From Caldisericaceae bacterium (GTDB lineage Bacteria; Caldisericota; Caldisericia; Caldisericales; Caldisericaceae): a stretch of 64,000 bases of DNA. The DNA lies in contig JBMFRX010000001.1 of NCBI GenBank assembly GCA_049967855.1, positions 96,001 through 160,000 of the forward strand. The letters are read 5' to 3'. The notes under the pieces were generated by a model. That model was not told where the DNA came from and did not search any database. It saw only the letters and a list, made by a program, of their open reading frames with translations. The position numbers and the translations under genes were made by a program. Below are positions 57,004-64,000 of this stretch, in pieces. Positions within the stretch are counted from its first letter, which is position 1. Every line of letters begins with the position of its first letter.

Positions 57004-58449
57004 GTGGAACAGGACAGTGCGCCACTTTATGAAGCAGTAAGAGAGTATATTAAACGTGATATGGTGCCATTCCACATGCCAGGTCATTCACAGGGCAAAG
57101 GGGCACCAAAACTTCTGAAGAAGCTTTTTGGACAAGAGTTTTTTGATTTCGACCTTACGGAAGTCTCTGGTCTTGATTATTTGCACTACGCTCACGGTGT
57201 TATAAGGCAGGCAGAAGAGTTAGCAGCAGACCTCTACGGGACAAAAGCAACTTTCTTTTTGGTAAACGGTACAACTGCTGGAATTCATGCAATGATTCTC
57301 TCAACGGTGAAGAAAGGTGAGAAAATAATCATAGGAAGAAACTCTCACCGTTCTGTTATCGGCGGCATCATTGAAGCTGGAGCCATACCTATTTTTGTTC
57401 AACCAGAGTTCAATAAAGAGTTTGGGATTATCACTAACATCACTCCCGAATCATTGGCCAGTGCAATAGAAGAAAATCCAGATGCTAAAGCAGTGCACAT
57501 TACTACGCCTAATTATTACGGTTTTCAAGGCAGAATCAAAGAAATGATTGACCTTGTACACAGAAACAATATGTATGCACTCGTTGATGAAGCACATGCA
57601 GCGCATTTTCCATTTAATAAGCAATTCCCTAAGTCAGCCATAAAATACGGAGCCGACATTGTTGCACAAAGCGCTCACAAAACACTGCCTACGCTTACTC
57701 AGACATCTTTTCTTCACGTCGTATCAGATAAAGTTAACATCGATAGAGTTGAACAGGTTCTTGGCTTGATTGAGAGTTCCAGTCCTTCATACATATTTAT
57801 GATTTCAATGGATATTGCTCGTAGAGAGATGGCTCTTCGTGGAGAAGAACTTTGGGATAAGGCTATCGGAGTTGCTGAATACGCAAGAGAAGAAATCTCC
57901 AAAATTCCAGGTTTCAGAGTTACCTCCTCATCTTTGGTGAACTATGATGATATCAATGCATTTGATCCAATAAAGCTTACAATAAACGTTCAAGAACTTG
58001 GCTACTCTGGTTTTGAATTTGAATCATATCTCAATGATAGGAACATCGAAATTGAATTATCAGATCTCCAGAATGTATTGTTATTTATTACCATTGGAAC
58101 AAGGTACAAGGACGTTGATTCGCTGCTTTCTGTTTTGAAAAAAGTGCCTGCAAAGAAGCGAAAGAATTCTGTTAGAATGCCGAATTTTCCTCCTGCAAGC
58201 AGATTTGCAATGACCCCTAACGATGCATTTAGCAAGCAGTACGAAAATGTGCGCTTAAAGGAAGCAGTAGGCAGAATAAGCTGGGGAATTGTTGCTCCAT
58301 ACCCTCCTGGGATACCTGTGTTTGTGCCAGGAATGGAGATTACTCGTGATGCAGCCGATTTTATTGATGAGGTATATAACAAGGGTGGCCTTGTTCAAGG
58401 GTCGCTCAAGGAAAAAAATGGTATCAGAATAAGAGTAGTTAAGGAATAG
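57004..58449 (+). CDS. PLP-dependent Orn/Lys/Arg decarboxylase (SpeA/YaaO-like)
   Basis: FHMPGH, FLVNGTT, RNSHRS, VDEAH, QSAHKTL, SSSPSY, PYPPGIP. Confidence 0.93.
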   Translation: MEQDSAPLYEAVREYIKRDMVPFHMPGHSQGKGAPKLLKKLFGQEFFDFDLTEVSGLDYLHYAHGVIRQAEELAADLYGTKATFFLVNGTTAGIHAMILSTVKKGEKIIIGRNSHRSVIGGIIEAGAIPIFVQPEFNKEFGIITNITPESLASAIEENPDAKAVHITTPNYYGFQGRIKEMIDLVHRNNMYALVDEAHAAHFPFNKQFPKSAIKYGADIVAQSAHKTLPTLTQTSFLHVVSDKVNIDRVEQVLGLIESSSPSYIFMISMDIARREMALRGEELWDKAIGVAEYAREEISKIPGFRVTSSSLVNYDDINAFDPIKLTINVQELGYSGFEFESYLNDRNIEIELSDLQNVLLFITIGTRYKDVDSLLSVLKKVPAKKRKNSVRMPNFPPASRFAMTPNDAFSKQYENVRLKEAVGRISWGIVAPYPPGIPVFVPGMEITRDAADFIDEVYNKGGLVQGSLKEKNGIRIRVVKE

Positions 58450-58458
58450 AGGTGGTGT

Positions 58459-58794
58459 ATGAAAGAAACAGATTTGCTTAACATAATCAAGAAAAGTGAA
58501 GATGAGGCAGAGTCTATAACAAAAGCTGCTGTGAATAAAATTGATGAGTTAAGAAAACACTTTGATGAAGAAAAAGAAAGAATAAAGAAAGAAAATGAAG
58601 AGAAGTTGGTTGAAGAAGCAGATTCATATAGAACTGATAAAGAGAAGTCTTTTGATGAATTGCTGAAAAAACTGAACAGCGAAAAGGAAGAAAAGCTTAA
58701 CAAATTGAGAGCAAGTTACAAAAAGAATTTTGAAACTGTGTTACGGGAATTTCATAGTCTTATTCTGGAGCAGAAATGGCAATCGAGAAAATAA
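58459..58794 (+). CDS. V/A-type ATPase subunit G/H
   Basis: Charged helical 111-aa protein (IIKKSEDEAE) at the head of the ATPase operon. Confidence 0.75.
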   Translation: MKETDLLNIIKKSEDEAESITKAAVNKIDELRKHFDEEKERIKKENEEKLVEEADSYRTDKEKSFDELLKKLNSEKEEKLNKLRASYKKNFETVLREFHSLILEQKWQSRK

Positions 58795-60776
58795 AAAAGG
58801 TACTCATCGTCGGAGATAAAGCTAAGGAAAATTTAATATCTGATTCGATATTTTCCCTTGGCTTAATTCACGTTGACGAATTTGACAGAGACGTTCTTGA
58901 AGATATAGGCCACTTTAAGCAAGCAGTTTCGTCTTTCACCTACGACGAAGAGAATATGCAGGTGAACTTTATACTTGAGAATTTCAAGAAGTTTGGCATT
59001 GACACAAAAGGGTTCTTTAAATCATTCTTTCCTGACGATATAGAAGTTTCCAAAGCTGATTTTGAACGTATCAGCCAAACATTTGATTTAAACGGAATAT
59101 ATGAATCCATTTCAAGGCTCAGTGGAAGGTTTGCTGAGCTTTCCGAAGAGGAAGTTTCACTCTCAGAAGAAAAGAAATTCCTTCTTTCTTTCAAAGATTT
59201 TCCTTTTCAGTTCTCAATAATGCAGGGCACGGCAACAACGAAGTCTGTTATTTGCACTGCAAAGACTGTCAATCTTAATTCTTTGCTGGTTAAAGAGAAG
59301 GATACAATTGATAATATTTACCTTGATGTATTCGATAGTGACAAGAACATTTCAAACATATTCATCCTCTTCCTTAGGGAAGATGAGGACAAAATCCTGT
59401 CGCTGCTTAGAAGTTATGATATCGAACAAGTAAGCCCGCCCGAGAACCTTTTGGGATTTGCGAATGAAGAGGCGAATAGGATAAGCTCAAGATTGAGCAG
59501 TATAGAAAAGGAGAAAAATGTTATCCTTTCTAAAATGCGTGAGCTTTACAACCTAAAAAGAGAACTGATTGTTTATAAGGATTATATCGACTCATTGAGA
59601 GTTAAAGAGCAAAAGAAGACAAACTTCCTTGATGGCACTGATGTATTTGTTTTAAAGGGCTTTGTGAAGGAAAGGCAATTAGAAGATCTTAAGAAGCTTG
59701 ACGGTATTGAGGGAGTTGAAACTTTCATTTCGGATCCTGAGGCAAGTGACTTTGTACCAGTTGCTATAGCTAATAATCCTATATTCAGGCCGTTTGAATT
59801 TTTGGTTCGTTTGTTTGGTTTGCCAAGCTATTCCAATATTGACCCTACACCAGTTATTGCAGTTCTGTTCTCTGTTTTCTTTGGGATGGCCCTGGGAGAT
59901 GCTTTTTATGGATCGCTTCTTGCCATTTTTGCATTCTATTTCTTGAGAAAATATAAAGATAATCCAGGGTCAAATGGTTTTTTCTCAATTCTTCTTTATG
60001 GAGGAATCTCTGCTACGATTGTGGGTATACTAACTGGTTCTTTTGCAGGGAATTTCTTTGCTACTTATTTCCCTTCCTCTGCAATAACGCATATATTGAA
60101 GTCTCTTACTGTTATTGATACTAATTCACCAAGCGGGTCTGTGGAATTCCTGGTTGTTGCGTTGGCTATAGGTATATTTACTCAACTGCTTGGTGTGTTG
60201 ATGAGCATCGTCGCTAAAGTTAAGAATAAAAATTACCTTGATGCTCTTTTTAATGGGGTGGGCTGGCTTGCTTTTTTGCCAGGGTTAATGGGACTCTTTG
60301 TTGTTGGTAAACTGCCTTCTTTAAGGATCTATGACAGTATTTTGCTTTATAGTGGACTCGGGCTTTTATTCATTGGCGGGTTTATGTCAATTCGAACACC
60401 CCTTTTCAAACCAATAGCAGCATTAGTTAATATCTATGGAATCAGAAGTTCGTATGGCATTTCAAGTTTTCTTGGAGATGTTTTATCGTATTTACGTCTA
60501 TTTGCGCTTGGCTTGAGCAGCTCTATACTTGCTTCTTCCTTTAATTTGATGGCAAAGGTTATTGGAAGTCTATTTGGAAATTTCGGAATTGTTCCGCTTA
60601 TATTGATTCTTTTAGCTCTCCATACTCTTGCTTTTATGATGAACATACTCGGAGCATTTATCCATTCTATGCGTCTTAATTTCCTTGAGTTTTTCGGAAG
60701 ATTTTACGATATTGGTGGCAGTTCGTTCAGTCCTTTTGGGATTGAACTTAAGAATACTAGAATTAAAAAGGAATAA
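58776..60776 (+). CDS. ntpI: V/A-type ATPase subunit I (a)
   Basis: PFE.LV..FGLPSY..IDPT, FFGMALGDA.YG, GDVLSYLRLFALGL, IHSMRLNFLEFF. Confidence 0.95.
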   Translation: MAIEKIKKVLIVGDKAKENLISDSIFSLGLIHVDEFDRDVLEDIGHFKQAVSSFTYDEENMQVNFILENFKKFGIDTKGFFKSFFPDDIEVSKADFERISQTFDLNGIYESISRLSGRFAELSEEEVSLSEEKKFLLSFKDFPFQFSIMQGTATTKSVICTAKTVNLNSLLVKEKDTIDNIYLDVFDSDKNISNIFILFLREDEDKILSLLRSYDIEQVSPPENLLGFANEEANRISSRLSSIEKEKNVILSKMRELYNLKRELIVYKDYIDSLRVKEQKKTNFLDGTDVFVLKGFVKERQLEDLKKLDGIEGVETFISDPEASDFVPVAIANNPIFRPFEFLVRLFGLPSYSNIDPTPVIAVLFSVFFGMALGDAFYGSLLAIFAFYFLRKYKDNPGSNGFFSILLYGGISATIVGILTGSFAGNFFATYFPSSAITHILKSLTVIDTNSPSGSVEFLVVALAIGIFTQLLGVLMSIVAKVKNKNYLDALFNGVGWLAFLPGLMGLFVVGKLPSLRIYDSILLYSGLGLLFIGGFMSIRTPLFKPIAALVNIYGIRSSYGISSFLGDVLSYLRLFALGLSSSILASSFNLMAKVIGSLFGNFGIVPLILILLALHTLAFMMNILGAFIHSMRLNFLEFFGRFYDIGGSSFSPFGIELKNTRIKKE

Positions 60777-60792
60777 TAGGAGGTACTAAAAA

Positions 60793-61293
60793 ATGAACAC
60801 AGCGATTAGTCCGTTGAACAATGGCCCTCTGTGGGTGGCAGCTGGTGCTGCTATCGTTGCAGTGTTAGGTGCAATAGGATCAGGTATGGGTATCGAAAGA
60901 ACAACAGCACATGCTGGCGGTATCCTTTCAGAAAAGCCTGAACTATTTGGTAAGATGCTTGTTATTATGGCTCTTCCAGGAACGCAGGGTTTTTATAGCT
61001 TTGTAGTTGCATTCCTTATTATGCAGTTTTTCGGCTTTATCGGCGGAAACCCTCATGCAACTATTGCTCAAGGTGTTGCAATATTTATCCTTGGGCTATT
61101 TGTAGGCCTTGATGAATTCAAGACTGCTTTAGACCAGGCTCATTCTGGAATTGGTGCTCTTGACCTTACCGCAAAACGCCCTGAAGAAGGTGGAAGAGCA
61201 ATTCTTCTTCCAGCTCTTGTTGAGACTTATGCTATTCTTGGTTTGCTTGCAGGGTTCCTTTTAACATTGTGGATCAGTGGCAAACCATTCTGA
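60793..61293 (+). CDS. ntpK: V/A-type ATPase subunit K (c), four-helix form with Na+ motif
   Basis: GSGMG, EKPELFG, LPGTQGFY, Q in helix 3, VETYAI. Confidence 0.95.
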   Translation: MNTAISPLNNGPLWVAAGAAIVAVLGAIGSGMGIERTTAHAGGILSEKPELFGKMLVIMALPGTQGFYSFVVAFLIMQFFGFIGGNPHATIAQGVAIFILGLFVGLDEFKTALDQAHSGIGALDLTAKRPEEGGRAILLPALVETYAILGLLAGFLLTLWISGKPF

Positions 61294-61887
61294 GTGAATA
61301 TGAGTATAGAAAAAGTTCAAGAAAGAATTATCAAGAATGCCAACCTGAAAGCCTCCGAAAGCATTAAAAACGAGGAGGAAAGGCTTAATAAACTTATGAA
61401 TATATTCCTTGATGATTCTCGCCTCGACTTTGAGCAGAGAAAAGCCAGGATGTTTGAGGAAATTGACAGGCAGTTTAAGAGGAAGGAAGAAACTGAATCG
61501 GTTGGTTTAGAAAGAGCAATTCTTGTTGAAAAAACGAGACTGATTGATGTTTTCTTTGAAGCCTTGCTTGATGACCTTGTGAATATGAATGATGAAGATT
61601 ACTACAGTTTCCTGTGTAGTCTTGTTGAGAAAAGTTCTATCAAAGATAGCTTTGAAGTCCGCTTGAATGAAAGAGATCTTCTAAGATTTGGTAAGAAAAT
61701 GAGCTCTTTTTTATCAAAACACTACAGAGAAGCTGGAAAATTGTCAGACAAAGGAGCAGATATCAAGGGAGGCTGTATTGTTGTTGGTAATGAAGTTGAG
61801 CTAGATTATTCGTTTGAGTCTATCATAACTGAATTGAGAGAAAACTACGAGGTTGGTCTTAATGAATCACTTTTTAAGGAGAGTTAA
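61294..61887 (+). CDS. ntpE: V/A-type ATPase subunit E
   Basis: MSIEKV..RI, helical stalk, DIKGGCIV...ELDYSFE. Confidence 0.85.
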   Translation: MNMSIEKVQERIIKNANLKASESIKNEEERLNKLMNIFLDDSRLDFEQRKARMFEEIDRQFKRKEETESVGLERAILVEKTRLIDVFFEALLDDLVNMNDEDYYSFLCSLVEKSSIKDSFEVRLNERDLLRFGKKMSSFLSKHYREAGKLSDKGADIKGGCIVVGNEVELDYSFESIITELRENYEVGLNESLFKES

Positions 61888-62825
61888 TGAGGAAAGAATT
61901 TGCTTTGAATATTGATGCTCCCAACGAGTATGATTTCATTAACGGCAGGATAAGAGTCCTCGAGTCTTATCTGTTCTCTTTAGATGAGCTAAACCGTATC
62001 TCTACGCTCAATTATGATGATATCCTGAAGGAATTGGAGACTTCTCCCTACGGCAAATTCATTAAGTCTGGCGAGGTAAATGAAGTTGCTGCAGGACTAT
62101 CGTCGAGATACAAAGATGAAGTGAAAGAACTATCAAAGTATGTAGCTCCAGGTTTCATAAATGTGTTTGGTAACAGTAAAGAACTTTTCCTCAAGCTAAA
62201 GCGCTGGGGACTCTCAGAGCAAACAAACATAAGCGTCGAAGACAAGCTTTTGTTTGACTTTGTGCACACAGGAAGAGGAGATTTCCCCTTGATTTTGAGA
62301 GAATTCTTTGGTGCGATTGAAGATCATAAAGAGTCTCCATTCATAGTTTCTGTGCTCACTGATGTTTATCACTTGAGTTATCTTGACGAATTTGCCAGGA
62401 AAACAAAAAGTGAATTTATCATTAATTATTTTGAGGAATACGTTGAAATTTATTCTTTAGTTCTAGTGAGCCGTGCTTCTGAGCTTTTAAGATTGAAGGC
62501 TATAACGGAGAAAGATTTCAGCCTCTTATTGAAGGCTATTTCAGAAAAATTCCTGAAGTATGGGTTTGCTAGTAAGTTGAAAGAAATCAAAACATACGAT
62601 GACTTTGTAGTTTTCTCGAAAGCTCAAAGAGAACTCTATGGAGAAATAGATCAGCAAAATCTTGAAACTGTAGTCAGGGAGAAGCTGTTTGCGTTAATCG
62701 AAAAAGGCAGGTTTGTTTTGGAAGGAATTGAACCAGTTTTTGCATACCTTGAGCGTCTGAATTTCGAGCTTGAGTTCCTTACAAACAGTGTCTACACTGC
62801 CTATGGAAGAGTAAAGGAAATGTAA
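61887..62825 (+). CDS. ntpC: V/A-type ATPase subunit C
   Basis: Y.FINGRIRVLES.L, LETSPY, GIEPVFAYL; operon position. Confidence 0.85.
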   Translation: MRKEFALNIDAPNEYDFINGRIRVLESYLFSLDELNRISTLNYDDILKELETSPYGKFIKSGEVNEVAAGLSSRYKDEVKELSKYVAPGFINVFGNSKELFLKLKRWGLSEQTNISVEDKLLFDFVHTGRGDFPLILREFFGAIEDHKESPFIVSVLTDVYHLSYLDEFARKTKSEFIINYFEEYVEIYSLVLVSRASELLRLKAITEKDFSLLLKAISEKFLKYGFASKLKEIKTYDDFVVFSKAQRELYGEIDQQNLETVVREKLFALIEKGRFVLEGIEPVFAYLERLNFELEFLTNSVYTAYGRVKEM

Positions 62826-62830
62826 AATAT

Positions 62831-63151
62831 ATGAGCAAAATTGCATTTGTAGGTGAAAATAGATTAGGTTTATTCTTGAATAGCTTCGATGTCAAAATTT
62901 TCCCTGTTCAGGATGGAGATGAGGCACTAGAGAAAATTATCGAGCTTTCCAAGACCCGTGAATTTGTGCTTATCATAACAAGTGAAGAATACAGTGATTC
63001 CCTTAGAGACTTTCTCACAGAAAGGAAAGACATCTCACCTGTAATTTTTATGTTACCTTCAGGCACTCATAAGGGTGAAAGTATTTCTAACATAAGGGAT
63101 GTTGTTGAAAAAGCAGTCGGAATAGACATTCTTTCAAAGAATAAGCAGTAA
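62831..63151 (+). CDS. ntpF: V/A-type ATPase subunit F
   Basis: KIAFVG, IIITSE-like strand, P.I..LP, VEKAVGIDIL. Confidence 0.9.
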   Translation: MSKIAFVGENRLGLFLNSFDVKIFPVQDGDEALEKIIELSKTREFVLIITSEEYSDSLRDFLTERKDISPVIFMLPSGTHKGESISNIRDVVEKAVGIDILSKNKQ

Positions 63152-63163
63152 GGAGAGTGACTT

Positions 63164-64000
63164 ATGGAAGATCGTTCTGGAACAATAGTAAAGGTGTCAG
63201 GGCCACTTGTGGTTGCGCAAGGGATACCTGGCGCAAGAATGTACGAAATGGTTTTCGTTGGAGTGAAGAGGCTTTTTGGCGAGATAATTGAAATAAAAGG
63301 CGATAATGCTTCAATACAGGTGTATGAAGATACAAGTGGAGTAGGTCCAGGTGAGCCTGTTTATTCAACTGGAACGCCTTTAAGCGTTGAACTTGGACCT
63401 GGCTTGATTGGTTCAATATATGATGGGATTCAGAGGCCGCTTGATGTCCTTATGTCTAAGTACGGCAATTTCGTTGCAAGAGGTCTTTTTGAACCGGCTC
63501 TAAAAAGAGATAAGAAATGGGTTTTTAATCCTGAAGTCAAAGTTGGCGATAAGCTTGCTGGTGGAGACATAATAGGTACTGTTGATGAAACTCCTTTAAT
63601 CAAGCATAGAGTTCTGTTACCTCCAGATGTTGAAGGGACGGTGACTTTTGTTGCAGAGAGTGGAGAGTATACGGTTGACGAGATTGTGGCACGGATTAAA
63701 TCTTCAGCTTCTGAAGTTGATGTAAAGCTTTATCAGAAATGGCCTGTTAGAACTCCTCGACCTGTAAAAGAGCGTCTTGCTCCTTATGAACTTCTCACGA
63801 CAGGGCAGAGAGTTATTGACTCCTTTTTTCCTATCGCAAAAGGGGGTACTGCCTGTATCCCTGGGCCTTTTGGCAGCGGAAAGACAGTGGTCCAGCACCA
63901 ACTTTCTAAATGGGCTGATGCAGATATTATAGTTTTTATTGGTTGCGGAGAGCGCGGAAATGAGATGACAGATGTTCTAATGGAATTCCCTGAACTCAAA
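63164..64000 (+). CDS. ntpA: V/A-type ATPase subunit A, 5' part cut by the window end (not in the ORF track)
   Basis: Translated by eye from ATG 63164: [18 protein letters not shown]...[24 protein letters not shown]...[19 protein letters not shown]. Confidence 0.96.
   Translation, partial: MEDRSGTIVKVSGPLVVAQGIPGARMYEMVFVGVKRLFGEIIEIKGDNASIQVYEDTSGVGPGEPVYSTGTPLSVELGPGLIGSIYDGIQRPLDVLMSKYGNFVARGLFEPALKRDKKWVFNPEVKVGDKLAGGDIIGTVDETPLIKHRVLLPPDVEGTVTFVAESGEYTVDEIVARIKSSASEVDVKLYQKWPVRTPRPVKERLAPYELLTTGQRVIDSFFPIAKGGTACIPGPFGSGKTVVQHQLSKWADADIIVFIGCGERGNEMTDVLMEFPELK

Noticed and set aside
63850..64000. Intein in V-ATPase subunit A
   Set aside because: GSGKTV and GCGERGNEM are uninterrupted within the window
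1..64000. CRISPR array, transposase, integrase or prophage, including integration at the tRNA genes
   Set aside because: No regularly spaced repeats, mobile-element ORFs or duplicated tRNA 3' ends seen

Overview
Gene-dense, AT-rich bacterial chromosome segment from an anaerobe; a Caldisericota/Thermotogota-like lineage is my inference, not something the sequence shows directly. Left to right: a hypothetical gene, a DUF348-G5-3D cell-wall protein, rsmA, a DUF296 gene, valS and folC; a membrane double-zinc-ribbon gene followed by rnfCDGEAB with a very short RnfB; a 1044-aa single-pass membrane protein; a minus-strand unit of GGDEF-STAND-TPR, DRTGG and RsbT-like-kinase/DRTGG genes; a divergent Hnd/HydABC-derived operon with two NuoE/NuoF pairs, a Cys-type formate dehydrogenase, a formate channel, mobA and fdhD but no hydrogenase; an Amidase_6-like gene; the dcw cluster (rsmH to ftsZ, no mraZ); an ECF sigma factor with partner gene; an SLH-anchored Opp transporter; tRNA-Ile2, a zinc-ribbon gene, RNase P RNA lacking P18 and two tRNA-Pro; a basic amino-acid decarboxylase; and a Na+-type V/A-ATPase operon cut by the window end. 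I see no CRISPR array, transposase or prophage. The best candidates for an undescribed system are (i) the 15.2-29.5 kb locus, which looks like a hydrogenase operon and its regulatory module rewired into a dual-diaphorase formate dehydrogenase beside a c-di-GMP STAND protein, and (ii) the IgGFc-like/TM/PIN-like membrane protein.
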